Shown: piece by piece, positions 45,367 to 55,284 of the stretch
How positions within the stretch are numbered: the stretch's first letter is position 1
Layout: each line of letters begins with the position of its first letter
Assembly (NCBI GenBank): GCA_035446965.1
Contig: DAOTGE010000002.1
Coordinates: 12,715 to 76,714, forward strand
From: Eubacteriales bacterium
GTDB taxonomy: Bacteria > Bacillota > Clostridia > Christensenellales > CAG-138
Direction of reading: 5' to 3'
DNA: 64,000 nt
The notes under the pieces: model-generated
The model's database searches: none
What the model was told of the DNA's origin: nothing
The model's input: only the letters and a program-made list of their open reading frames with translations
Program-made: the position numbers and the translations under genes

Positions 45367-46485
45367 ATGCTGGAAACCCCTGTACGCGTGCTGGAAGTGC
45401 TGACCGTCCCGTTTGCGAAAAACGGCATTACTATGTGCGTGATGAACTATATATCCCGCTTTGATTCGGCGTATGTCCGCTGCGATCTTTTAGCGCCCAC
45501 CGAGCCGGACGAGATGTCGGCCCGGCTGATCGAGCAGACCGGCGGGCAGGTTTTTGTGCTTGGACGCAGAAACAGCGACCCGGCGGCGTATATGCACAAG
45601 CTTTCAATCATCGTTTCCGAGCGAAAGGAGCAGATCGTGCATGCGCACGGCAACAGCGCGACGCTGGCGCTCGAAATGCTCGCGGCCAAGCATGGCGGCG
45701 CGAAGGTGCGGGTTGCGCATTCGCATAACACTACCTGCAAAATGAAGCTTGCGGACAAGGCGCTGCGCGGGACGTTCCGAAGGAATTATACGCATGCGAT
45801 GGCCTGCGGGGACGCGGCGGGCGGATGGCTGTTTGGCGACGCGCCGTTTACGGTGCTGAAGAATGCGATTCCCGCGTCGCACTTTCATTATAACGAGAGC
45901 CTGCGTGCACAGACGCGAGGAGAATACCATATCCCGGCTGAGGCGTTCGTCGTCTGCCACGTCGGCACATTCAACGAGCAGAAAAACCAAGCGTTCCTGC
46001 TGGATGCTTTTGCGAAGTTGCTGCAGAAAAGGCCGGATGCACGGCTGATCCTGGCCGGAGAAGGCAGGCTGATGCCGGCGTGCCGCGAACGTGCGGCGAA
46101 ACTGGGGATTGACGGTTCGGTCGTGTTTACCGGCGCGCTTTCGGACGTTGCGCCCGTGTTTTCGGCAGCGGACGTTTTTGCATTGCCGTCTCTGCACGAA
46201 GGGCTGCCGCTGACGCTCATTGAAGCGCAGAGCGCGGGCCTGCCCTGCGTCGTTTCGGACCGGGTCACGAAAGAAGCTGCGCTGACGGAACTGGTCATGT
46301 TCTGTGGAATCGGCGGCGCAGAAGCATTTGCGGACGCGCTCCTGCAACCAAGCGTAAAAGGCGGGCGCGATTCTTTGTCCGACACGGCGATCAGGCATGT
46401 GCGCGAGTCGGGATACGACGTGAACGAAAACGCCAAGCAACTTGTGAAATGGTATGAATCGCTGGTGCGAGAGGCTGAAACATGA
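45367..46485 (+). CDS. GT4-family (GT-B) glycosyltransferase
   Basis: EX7E motif EGLPLTLIEAQSAGLPCVVSD. Confidence 0.85.
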   Translation: MLETPVRVLEVLTVPFAKNGITMCVMNYISRFDSAYVRCDLLAPTEPDEMSARLIEQTGGQVFVLGRRNSDPAAYMHKLSIIVSERKEQIVHAHGNSATLALEMLAAKHGGAKVRVAHSHNTTCKMKLADKALRGTFRRNYTHAMACGDAAGGWLFGDAPFTVLKNAIPASHFHYNESLRAQTRGEYHIPAEAFVVCHVGTFNEQKNQAFLLDAFAKLLQKRPDARLILAGEGRLMPACRERAAKLGIDGSVVFTGALSDVAPVFSAADVFALPSLHEGLPLTLIEAQSAGLPCVVSDRVTKEAALTELVMFCGIGGAEAFADALLQPSVKGGRDSLSDTAIRHVRESGYDVNENAKQLVKWYESLVREAET

Positions 46486-47561
46486 AGAAAATTCTGATTG
46501 TAACGCATAAAATGAGCGGCGGCGGCTGTGAACGCGTGATTGCGCAACTGCTGACCTGTTTTGCGCGCGACGGGATCGAGTGCGTGCTGGCTACGGAATG
46601 CGGCGTGCCGTCCTACTATGATTTGCCGGAGTCCGTGCGGCAGATTTATCTCACGTTCGATAAGGCGCTGCGGCCGAAGGACATCCCGCGCGCATACCGC
46701 AAGCTGCGGCGGCTCGTGAAAAAGGAAAAGCCGGACGTTGTGCTCGCCATGCCGGAGAAAGTGAATGTCTGGACGGTTTTGTTCCTGCTTGGCTGCGGCG
46801 TGCCGGTCGTGGTGAGCGAGCGCAACGATCCGCACCGCCATCCGGAGAATAAAATCAAGCGGTTTCTGCGGTGCCTGACGTATCCGTTTGCGAAGGGGTT
46901 CATCTTCCAGACACAGGAAGCCTCGCAGTATTTTTCAAAACGGATCCGCTCACGCGGCGCCGTGCTGGATAATCCGCTGGACCGCGGACGAATCCCCGAA
47001 CCATTTCAGGGCGAGCGGCGGCAGGTAATCGCCGCGGCCGGGCGGCTGCATCCCCAGAAGAATTTTTCCATGCTGGTTCGCGCGTTCGCGCGGTTTTACC
47101 GGACGAATCACACCTATTCGCTGGTCATTTACGGCGAAGGGAACGATGAGCGGGAACTCATGCGCCTTGCAAGCAGCCTCGGCGTCGCGGGCGCGGTGGA
47201 GTTCGCGGGGCAGTCCAAAACTTTGCTCGAAGAAATCAACGACTGCGCGATGTTCGTTTTGAGTTCCGACTATGAAGGCATGCCGAACGTGCTGATCGAG
47301 GCGATGGCATGCGGGCTTTGCTGCATTGCAACGGACTGCCCGATCGGCGGCGTGCGCTCGCTGGTTACGGACGGCGAAAACGGCCTGCTGATCGAGCCGG
47401 GCGATGAAACGGCGCTGTGCGCCGCCATGGAGCGGGTCGCCGCAGACGGCGCGCTGGCGGAAAAACTCGGCAAAAACGCGGCGGCAATCCAGCAAAGACT
47501 GGACGAAGCGGTCGTTGCCGAACAATGGAAGAATTATCTGGAGCGGGTTGCAAAGCGGTAA
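46482..47561 (+). CDS. GT4-family (GT-B) glycosyltransferase
   Basis: EGMPNVLIEAMACGLCCIATD. ATGA overlap with the upstream gene. Confidence 0.85.
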   Translation: MKKILIVTHKMSGGGCERVIAQLLTCFARDGIECVLATECGVPSYYDLPESVRQIYLTFDKALRPKDIPRAYRKLRRLVKKEKPDVVLAMPEKVNVWTVLFLLGCGVPVVVSERNDPHRHPENKIKRFLRCLTYPFAKGFIFQTQEASQYFSKRIRSRGAVLDNPLDRGRIPEPFQGERRQVIAAAGRLHPQKNFSMLVRAFARFYRTNHTYSLVIYGEGNDERELMRLASSLGVAGAVEFAGQSKTLLEEINDCAMFVLSSDYEGMPNVLIEAMACGLCCIATDCPIGGVRSLVTDGENGLLIEPGDETALCAAMERVAADGALAEKLGKNAAAIQQRLDEAVVAEQWKNYLERVAKR

Positions 47562-47588
47562 GCATTCATCGACGGGGGGACAAAACCG

Positions 47589-48629
47589 ATGTTGTTCAGC
47601 GTGCTGGTGCCGGCGTATAACGCCGTCGCCTATCTGGCGGAGTGCCTGGATTCTGCACTGGCGCAAACGGAACGGGATTTTGAGATAATCGTCGTGGACG
47701 ACGGTTCGACCGACGGCACCGGCGAGATCTGCGAGCGGTATCATGCGCGCGACCCGCTTTGCGTGCGCGTGATCCATCAGCAAAACAGGGGATTGATCCT
47801 TGCGCGGCGCGCGGGCGTCGCTGCGGCACAAGGAGACTATTGCGTGTTCCTGGACGCGGACGATACGATTGCACCGGATACGCTTGAAACGGTTCGCGAA
47901 ACGATTGGACGCACCGGCGCGGACGTCGTGATCTACAATTTCTATAATCGCTATCTGCCGGACGAAACGCTCGATATGGCAACGCCGGTTTTTGCGGACG
48001 GCACGGTGTTCTGCGGCGAAGGGAAGCGCGCGCTGTATGAAAAAATTATTTCCTCCTGGCGGCTCAACAATATCTGGAGCAAGGCGGTGCGAACGCCGCT
48101 CGTCAAGGAGGATGATACGCCTTTCGAACGGTATGCGGACAATCCGCACATGGAGGACCTTTTACAGTCCCTATATCCGCTGACGCACGCAAACTGCGTC
48201 GTGTACCTCGCAAAACCGCTGTACTATTACCGCCGCAACAGCGAAGGAATTTCAGGAGCCGTTGTGGCGGGACAGATTGAACGGCAGTTCAGCGTACCCG
48301 TGATGAAGCAGCTTGAACGGTATATGTCCGTTTGGAACATGGATATACCGGAATACCGTGCAAAGCTGAACCTGCGGAAAATTAAGAAGATGCTTACCGT
48401 ATTTTACCAGCATTACAGGGCGGCAAAAACTCCGCGGGAAAAGCGCCGTGTTGTTGCGATTCCATGGGGCGACTATATTGACCGCGACGGTAGACGCGTC
48501 GTCGGTTTTTCCGAACTGAGCGCTTTGCAGTGCTTGCAGCTTTATGCCGTGCTGTACAAACGTGTCTGGCTGGCCGGTGCGTTTGCATGGTTCGGGGAAA
48601 TGAAGCTGAAATATCTGCACGGAGAATAA
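47589..48629 (+). CDS. GT2-family glycosyltransferase (paralog of 50734-51774)
   Basis: MLFSVLVPAYNA, VDDGSTDGTGEICE, FLDADD. Confidence 0.85.
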   Translation: MLFSVLVPAYNAVAYLAECLDSALAQTERDFEIIVVDDGSTDGTGEICERYHARDPLCVRVIHQQNRGLILARRAGVAAAQGDYCVFLDADDTIAPDTLETVRETIGRTGADVVIYNFYNRYLPDETLDMATPVFADGTVFCGEGKRALYEKIISSWRLNNIWSKAVRTPLVKEDDTPFERYADNPHMEDLLQSLYPLTHANCVVYLAKPLYYYRRNSEGISGAVVAGQIERQFSVPVMKQLERYMSVWNMDIPEYRAKLNLRKIKKMLTVFYQHYRAAKTPREKRRVVAIPWGDYIDRDGRRVVGFSELSALQCLQLYAVLYKRVWLAGAFAWFGEMKLKYLHGE

Positions 48630-48780
48630 AGCGGCGCAGCGATAAATCCTGCGTCCGAGAGTTCTGCAAAGGAACGAAGGAAAATCCGGTGGTTTCTGAA
48701 ATGGAAACGCTCCTTAGTAAATATAAAAAAGGGGCATATGGCGGACGGTTACAGAACCCGGTTGAAAAGACACTGAGGGG

Positions 48781-49731
48781 ATGAATATGAGCCCGCAAAG
48801 CAAACAGAAGTCAAAAAGACGAATGAAATTCGTTTCGATGCTGCTTAAAAGACCGCGGCTGCTGTTTGTCTGGCTTGCCGAACACGGCTGGTTTACGCAC
48901 ATGGACGACGAGAAATACCTCCGATTGTTCTACCGTGCGAAGATGGGACGGACGCTGCATCTCGACCCGCCGGTGACGCTCAACGAAAAGGTGCAGTGGC
49001 TTAAACTGCACGACCGCGACCCGCTGCACTGCAAGCTCGTGGACAAGGCCGCCGTGCGCGGATACATCGCCGAAATGATTGGAGCGGAATATCTGATTCC
49101 GATGCTGGGCGTTTGGGACGATCCGGACGAGATTGATTTTTCCGAACTGCCGGAGCGGTTTGTGCTCAAATGCACGCATAATTCCGGCGGGGCGATCGTT
49201 TGCGCGGACAAAGCGGCGTTTGACGAAGCGCGCGCCAGAAAAGAACTGAAGCGGCAACTCAAGCGGAACTATTACACGGTCGGCCGCGAATGGCTCTATA
49301 AGGATGTTCCGCGAAGGGTGCTGGCCGAGGCGTTCATCGGTTCGGAAGAGGGCGTTCTGCCGGTCGACTACAAGTTTTTCTGTTTTAACGGCGTTGCGCG
49401 CGCGCTGATCGTCTGCCTAAACCGCGTCGGCAACCGCGTGAATTCCTACTATTTCGACCGGGATTTCCAGCTGTTTCCAATTCAGCGGACGACGATCGAA
49501 AAACCGGCGGACTTCATCATCGAAAAGCCGCCGCACTTTGAACAGATGCTCGGCCTTGCCGAGAAGCTTTCTCGGGGGATGCCGTATGTGCGCATCGATC
49601 TGTACGACACACCGGACGGAATCCGCTTTGGCGAGTTTACCTTTTTCGGCAAGAGCGGCTTTGAATATCTGTATACGGAAGAAGGGGACCGCATCATGGG
49701 CGGATTCCTGAAACTGGAGGAAAAACAATGA
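48781..49731 (+). CDS. TupA-like ATP-grasp amidoligase family protein
   Basis: LNEKVQWLKLHDRDPL...LVDKAAVRGYI...LPERFVLKCTHNSGG...DYKFFCFNG...RIDLY. Pattern characteristic of ATPgrasp_TupA. Confidence 0.72.
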   Translation: MNMSPQSKQKSKRRMKFVSMLLKRPRLLFVWLAEHGWFTHMDDEKYLRLFYRAKMGRTLHLDPPVTLNEKVQWLKLHDRDPLHCKLVDKAAVRGYIAEMIGAEYLIPMLGVWDDPDEIDFSELPERFVLKCTHNSGGAIVCADKAAFDEARARKELKRQLKRNYYTVGREWLYKDVPRRVLAEAFIGSEEGVLPVDYKFFCFNGVARALIVCLNRVGNRVNSYYFDRDFQLFPIQRTTIEKPADFIIEKPPHFEQMLGLAEKLSRGMPYVRIDLYDTPDGIRFGEFTFFGKSGFEYLYTEEGDRIMGGFLKLEEKQ

Positions 49732-50744
49732 GTTTGAATATCCTGATCGGCGCAGACGCCGCGTCTGCACAGTTGTCCGTCGGGCTGCGGGAAACCTGGC
49801 GGCAGGCGGACGTGCGGTTGTTTCAGCTGAGCGCGGGCGCGCAGGCGGCACAAGAAACACTCGCTGCACTGGAACCCACGGCGGTGCTGGCCGGCATAGG
49901 CGGCAATCCTGCCGCAAAAGACGAACTCGCCGGGTTGCTTGGCACGCTCAAGGCGGCGGGCGTCCCGCCGTTCGGTGCAGGAATCGACCTTGAAAGCGCG
50001 GACACGCCGGTTTATTTTGTAAAAAACGGCCTGCGCATCGGTCTGTATGCCGTCGGCGAACATAGCGGCGCCGCCGCGACGGAACGCTCGGCGGGGGTCA
50101 ACCCGCTCAATCCGCTTGAGCTCGGCGACCGCGTGCGGGATATCCGCGGCAACTGCGACCGGCTGATCGTGTTTTTCAGCGGCGGATGGAAAGGATATGC
50201 GTATCCTTCGCCGCAGGTGCAGAAGGTATGCCGGAAAATCGCCGAGTGCGGCGCGTCCCTGGTGCTCTGTCAGGGCGGCGGGGTCGCCGGATGCTACGAA
50301 AAATGGGACAATGCGACGATTGTTTACGGGCAGGGCGCTTTTTTAAGCGGGCAGGACGCGGAAGGGCTCCTCGTTCGCTATGAGATCGGCGATTACGGAA
50401 CGGAAAAGATTTCGTTTGTGCCGCTGACCTGCAAAGACGGCGCGGCGGATATTCCCGGCGATGAAAAAGCGGCGGAAATGCTCGAAACATTTGAGCGACG
50501 CTCCCGCCGTATCCGCGTGCAGGGCTTTGTGGAGGCGCGGTACACGACATTTGCCGCAGAAAACGGAGAAAGTCTTCTGTGCAGGTTCGCAGACGGACCG
50601 AAGCCGCGCCCGGCAGGCACGCTGTTTGGCCGCAGGGCGGTTTGCCGCCTGACCAAGGAGCGCAGGGATGCGCTTTACAGCGCGCTTTCCTGTGAATCGG
50701 AGCGCGAACTGCTTGCGGAGGGATTGCGTAACGATGCTGTTTAG
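49728..50744 (+). CDS. CapA/PGA_cap-like protein with apparently degenerate metallophosphatase motifs
   Basis: Collinear by eye with CapA (…GLRIGLYAVGE…, RLIVFFSGGWKGYAYPSPQVQ, GASLVLCQGGG, IVYGQGAFL). The usual ANNH, HWG, GHHPH and LGNF residues are replaced. ATGA overlap with the ATP-grasp gene. Confidence 0.5.
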   Translation: MSLNILIGADAASAQLSVGLRETWRQADVRLFQLSAGAQAAQETLAALEPTAVLAGIGGNPAAKDELAGLLGTLKAAGVPPFGAGIDLESADTPVYFVKNGLRIGLYAVGEHSGAAATERSAGVNPLNPLELGDRVRDIRGNCDRLIVFFSGGWKGYAYPSPQVQKVCRKIAECGASLVLCQGGGVAGCYEKWDNATIVYGQGAFLSGQDAEGLLVRYEIGDYGTEKISFVPLTCKDGAADIPGDEKAAEMLETFERRSRRIRVQGFVEARYTTFAAENGESLLCRFADGPKPRPAGTLFGRRAVCRLTKERRDALYSALSCESERELLAEGLRNDAV

Positions 50745-51774
50745 CGTTCTGGTCCCGATCTATAACGCGGGGATATACCTCGAAGCCTGCGTTGAATCCG
50801 TTCTGCGGCAGAGCGAGCAGGATTTTGAGCTCGTGCTGGTCGACGACGGGTCGACGGACGGCAGCGGCGAGGTTTGCGAGCGCTTCAGCGCACGTTCGCC
50901 CGAACGCGTGCGGACCGTGCATCAGAAAAATCAGGGACTGATTCTTGCCCGCAGGACGGGTATTGCGCAGGCAAAAGGCGATTACTGCGTTTTTCTGGAT
51001 GCAGACGACTGGCTGGAAGACAACGCACTTGCCGTCATTCATGAACGGATTGAAAAAACCGGCGCGGATATTGTGATCTATGACTATTATAACCGCTTTG
51101 AGCCAAATCTGTCCGCGCTGCCGGTGAAGCCCGTCTTTCAGGACGGAACGGTTTTCCGTGGAGAAGGAAAGAAGCGCATATATCAAATGCTGATCGGTTC
51201 CTGGCGGCTCAACAACCTTTGGAATAAAGCCATACGCAGGGAGTTGGCGCAGAGAGACGATACGCCGTACGCCGACTTTGCAGACAACCCGCACGGCGAG
51301 GACCTGCTCCAGTCGCTTTATCCGATCACGCACGCGGAGACGATCACATACTGTGCAAAACCGCTCTACAATTACCGCCGCCGGAGCGGAAGCATCACGA
51401 CGCAGATTTCACAGCAGAGTATAGCGCGGCAGATCGGCGGCGATATGAACAACGGCCAACTGAGCCGCTATATGGTGCTCTGGGGACTGGATACGCCGGA
51501 AAATCGGCGTCTGCTTGCCGCGCGGAAGCTGCAGCTAATGCTGACCGTGTTCTGGCAGCATTACCGCGCCGCGAAAAATACGGCGGAAAAGCGCGCCGTG
51601 CTGAACTACCCCTGGCAGGAAGCCGCCGAACGGTATCATGCGGCGGACAGCCGCCCGGCGTTGCCCTTGGGCAAACGGATGCAGCTCGGCGCGGTGCTGA
51701 AAAAACGCAAATTTTTTCTGGATGTTACCGCGTTGCTGGCCGGTTTACAAAGAAAGGTGAAATATGGAATCTAG
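50734..51774 (+). CDS. GT2-family glycosyltransferase (paralog of 47589-48629)
   Basis: MLFSVLVPIYNA, VDDGSTDGSGEVCE, FLDADD. Start at the ATG at 50734. Confidence 0.85.
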   Translation: MLFSVLVPIYNAGIYLEACVESVLRQSEQDFELVLVDDGSTDGSGEVCERFSARSPERVRTVHQKNQGLILARRTGIAQAKGDYCVFLDADDWLEDNALAVIHERIEKTGADIVIYDYYNRFEPNLSALPVKPVFQDGTVFRGEGKKRIYQMLIGSWRLNNLWNKAIRRELAQRDDTPYADFADNPHGEDLLQSLYPITHAETITYCAKPLYNYRRRSGSITTQISQQSIARQIGGDMNNGQLSRYMVLWGLDTPENRRLLAARKLQLMLTVFWQHYRAAKNTAEKRAVLNYPWQEAAERYHAADSRPALPLGKRMQLGAVLKKRKFFLDVTALLAGLQRKVKYGI

Positions 51775-52711
51775 CGCACCGCTCGTTTCGATCGTATGTG
51801 ATACCTATAACCACGCGCCGTACATCCGCGACGCGCTGGACAGTTTTCTTGCGCAAAAAACGGATTTTTCGTTTGAAATTATTGTGCACGACGATGCTTC
51901 TACGGATGAAACTGCGGATATCATTCGCGAATATGAGGCGGCGCATCCGGAACTTTTTCGCTGCGTGTACCGCACGGAAAACATCTATTCGCACGATACG
52001 AAAATTCTGGAGCACTATGTGTTTCCTCTCGCGCGCGGCAAATACATCGCCATCTGCGAAGGCGACGACTACTGGACCAGCCCCGGTAAGCTGCAAAAGC
52101 AGATCGGCTATATGGAAGCGCACCCGGACTGCACGCTCTGCGTCTGCGCGGCGGACACCGTCGACCCGCAGGGAGCGCGCACCGGGGAAGTCGCGCCATA
52201 CAATGAAGACAGAATCGTCTCCATGGACGACCTCATCCGCGGCAGCGGCGGGTTCGTTGCAACGGCTTCGATCGTCGCGCCGGCGAAGCTCGCCAAGGAG
52301 CGCGCGCCGTTCTGCGACCTTTCGGATGTGGACGACGCGGTGCTGCAGCTTTGGTTCGGCATGAACGGCACGGCGTATTATTTTGCCGAGCCGATGTGCG
52401 TTTACAGGCAGGCTGTGCCGGGCTCCTGGACGGAGACGTTTTTCTCCTCGCGGCACGCCGAGCGGGTCCTGCATCACGAAGCGATGATCCGCGCGCTGGA
52501 GGCGTTCGACGAGCAGAGCGGCCGCCGCTGGCACGATTCGGTGGACTTCTGCATTACGCATCAGCAGAAATACGAGATACTGCGCCTGCAAAATGACGTT
52601 GCAACGCTGCGCAAGCCGCCGTACCGGAAGCAGTATCTTGCGCTGCCGTTTCACCGGCGCGTGCGGATGCAGCTTTCACGCATGGGATTTTTTAAAGAAA
52701 AGGAGAAATGA
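51764..52711 (+). CDS. GT2-family glycosyltransferase (paralog of 52708-53676)
   Basis: VSIVCDTYNHAPYIRDALDS, HDDASTDET, CEGDDYW. Confidence 0.85.
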   Translation: MESSAPLVSIVCDTYNHAPYIRDALDSFLAQKTDFSFEIIVHDDASTDETADIIREYEAAHPELFRCVYRTENIYSHDTKILEHYVFPLARGKYIAICEGDDYWTSPGKLQKQIGYMEAHPDCTLCVCAADTVDPQGARTGEVAPYNEDRIVSMDDLIRGSGGFVATASIVAPAKLAKERAPFCDLSDVDDAVLQLWFGMNGTAYYFAEPMCVYRQAVPGSWTETFFSSRHAERVLHHEAMIRALEAFDEQSGRRWHDSVDFCITHQQKYEILRLQNDVATLRKPPYRKQYLALPFHRRVRMQLSRMGFFKEKEK

Positions 52712-53676
52712 GAATGGAGTCGCTTGTCACCGTAATCCTTCCGACGCATAACCATGCCCCGTTTATCGCACAGGCGATCGAAAGCGTACTGATGCAGCAA
52801 ACGGATTTTCCGTTCGATATCCTGCTGCACGACGACGCTTCCACGGACGGCACGGCGGACGTCTGCCGCGCATACGCAAAGGAACATCCGGACAAGATCA
52901 CGCTGATTGCGCAGAGCGTCAACCAATATCAAATCGACCGGCGCATCCAGTCGCATATTCTCATTCCCCGTGTAAAAGCGAAATACACCGCGATCCTCGA
53001 CGGGGACGATTTCTGGGTCGACCCGCTGAAACTGCAAAAGCAGACCGACTACATGGAAAACCACCCGGATTGCACGCTCTGCATCGGTTCGGCGAACGTC
53101 GTGGACGTAAACAACAAGGTCGTCGGACGGGTCGCGCCGTACGATGAGGACCGGGTTGTCGATCCGGCGGACATGATTCGCGGCGGCGGCGGGTTCGTCG
53201 CGACCAACACGATTTTAATGCCCACGGAACTGCTCAAAAATCTGCCGGAGTTTGCGGACCATATCGAGGCGGAGGATATCCCGTTTCAGCTGCTCGGCGC
53301 GCTGGCTGGGTACGCCTGGTATATAGCCGGCACGCTGATTGCATACCGGCAGCTGGTGCCCGGTTCCTGGTCGGTGCGGCAGTATGCCTCCTCAATGGAA
53401 ACGCGCATCAAAACCAGCCGGGACGTCATCGCGCTCAACGAAGGGTACGACGCGTATTCCGGCGGGAAATATCACGAGGCGTTCGTGCAGGCAATTCAGT
53501 ACCAGGAGTTTTTGATCCTGTGCTATACGCATAAGCTGCGCGAAGCGATGCGTCCCCCGTACCGGCGGTTTTACGACGCGCTTTCGGCAAAGCGCAAAAT
53601 CCGGCTGCGCTGTGAAAAGTATTTCCCGAAGCTCACCGCGCGTTATATTGCATGGCTCCGGCAGCGGAGCAGATAG
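52708..53676 (+). CDS. GT2-family glycosyltransferase (paralog of 51764-52711)
   Basis: VTVILPTHNHAPFIAQAIES, HDDASTDGT, LDGDDFW. ATGA overlap. Confidence 0.85.
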   Translation: MRMESLVTVILPTHNHAPFIAQAIESVLMQQTDFPFDILLHDDASTDGTADVCRAYAKEHPDKITLIAQSVNQYQIDRRIQSHILIPRVKAKYTAILDGDDFWVDPLKLQKQTDYMENHPDCTLCIGSANVVDVNNKVVGRVAPYDEDRVVDPADMIRGGGGFVATNTILMPTELLKNLPEFADHIEAEDIPFQLLGALAGYAWYIAGTLIAYRQLVPGSWSVRQYASSMETRIKTSRDVIALNEGYDAYSGGKYHEAFVQAIQYQEFLILCYTHKLREAMRPPYRRFYDALSAKRKIRLRCEKYFPKLTARYIAWLRQRSR

Positions 53677-53732
53677 CCAAAGCGGCGGCGGAACCGCCGT
53701 GCCGGCATAAATTGGGAGCAAAACTACGATAG

Positions 53733-55223
53733 ATGGATCAAACGGTAAAGAATAAAACCATATCCGGCGTGATCTGGAAGGCGATGGAGAGCGGCGGCAA
53801 TCAGCTCGTCCGGCTCATTATTTCCATCGTGCTGGCGCGCCTGCTGGACCCGGCGAATTATACGACGCTCGCGATCGTGCTGATTTTCATCAACCTTGCG
53901 GACGTGTTTGTCAAGCGCGGGTTTTCCACGAGCCTGATCCAGAGCAAGGAAGCCGACAACGTCGATTTCTCATCCGTGCTTTGGGCGAGTCTCGGCGTAG
54001 CGGCAGTTTTGTATGTCGTCCTGTTTTTTGCCGCGCCGTGGATTGCGGCGTTCTATGAAGAGCCGGTGCTCAGTCCAGCGCTGCGCGTGCTGTCCGTCAT
54101 TCTCTTTACCGGCGCGTTCAACGCCGTGCAAAACGCGATCATCACGCGAAAGATGGAGTTTAAAAAGCTTTGCATCTCCACCCTGGGCGCGACGTTCTTC
54201 TCCGGCGTGATCGGCATCTGGATGGCATACGCGGGATACGGAATCTGGGCGCTGGTCGTCAACCAGCTGCTCGGCTCGGTTACCAACATGGTGCTGCGCT
54301 GGGTACAGGACCGCTGGAGACCGGCGCTGGTCTTTTCCTGGCCGCGCGTCAAGACGCTGTTCGGCTTCGGCTGGAAGCTGATGGTCTCGGCGCTGCTGGA
54401 CTCCGGGTATTCCAACCTGTCCGGCCTCGTGATCGGCAAACGTTATATCGGCGATTCGCTTGCGTTTTTCAACCGCGGCAAGCAGTATCCGGAGATGATC
54501 GCCAACAATCTCACCAGCGTGGCGCTGGCGGTGCTGTTTCCGGTCTATGCGTCCAAGCAGGACGATAAAACGCGCGTGCTCGGCATGGTGCGAAAGACGA
54601 ACCGGTCCACCGCGCTGATGGTGTTTCCCATGATGGTCGGCATGGCGATGGTCGCTACGCTTCTGATGCGCGTACTGCTCACCGAAAAGTGGGTGTCTGC
54701 CGCGCCGTATCTGCGCGTGATGGCGCTGATTTACGCGCTGTATCCGATCGAGGCGGCGAACCTCCAGGCGATCAATGCGATCGGCCGGAGCGATCTGTAC
54801 CTGAAAACGGAGATCATCAAAAAAGTATTCGGGATCCTTGCGCTTGCCGTGACGGTGTTCTTTTTTTCGACGCCGATCGCGATTGCGTGGGGCGTTACGG
54901 GCACGGCGGTGTTTTCCATGCTTGTGACCATGATCGTGATGCGCAGGGAGTTTTCCTACCGCATGCGCGACCAGCTCTGGGACATGACGCCGCCGCTGCT
55001 GCTTTGCATTGCGATGGCCGCGGGCGTATGGGGCGTTTCGCTGATTCCGATGGGCGATCTTGCTTCTTTGATCGCGCAGGTGGTTTGCGGTATTGCGGTT
55101 TACCTCGGTTTGGCGGTATTATTAAAGTTACAGAGTTTCGAGTATCTCCGCGTATCGATCGGGGATTATCTGCATAAGAAACGCAACGGCGCAAAAGCCG
55201 GTGCATCGGAACAGGAACGGTAA
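53733..55223 (+). CDS. wzx: Wzx-type oligosaccharide flippase (MOP superfamily, polysaccharide biosynthesis protein)
   Basis: 496 aa, about 14 TM segments. N-terminus SGVIWKAMESGGNQLVRLIISIVLARLL is typical of Polysacc_synt family flippases. Confidence 0.8.
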   Translation: MDQTVKNKTISGVIWKAMESGGNQLVRLIISIVLARLLDPANYTTLAIVLIFINLADVFVKRGFSTSLIQSKEADNVDFSSVLWASLGVAAVLYVVLFFAAPWIAAFYEEPVLSPALRVLSVILFTGAFNAVQNAIITRKMEFKKLCISTLGATFFSGVIGIWMAYAGYGIWALVVNQLLGSVTNMVLRWVQDRWRPALVFSWPRVKTLFGFGWKLMVSALLDSGYSNLSGLVIGKRYIGDSLAFFNRGKQYPEMIANNLTSVALAVLFPVYASKQDDKTRVLGMVRKTNRSTALMVFPMMVGMAMVATLLMRVLLTEKWVSAAPYLRVMALIYALYPIEAANLQAINAIGRSDLYLKTEIIKKVFGILALAVTVFFFSTPIAIAWGVTGTAVFSMLVTMIVMRREFSYRMRDQLWDMTPPLLLCIAMAAGVWGVSLIPMGDLASLIAQVVCGIAVYLGLAVLLKLQSFEYLRVSIGDYLHKKRNGAKAGASEQER

Positions 55224-55284
55224 AAACTGTGCGCGCACGGCGGAACGTTTGCCCGCGTATGCACAAAAGCAGGAGGAGCGAGAA

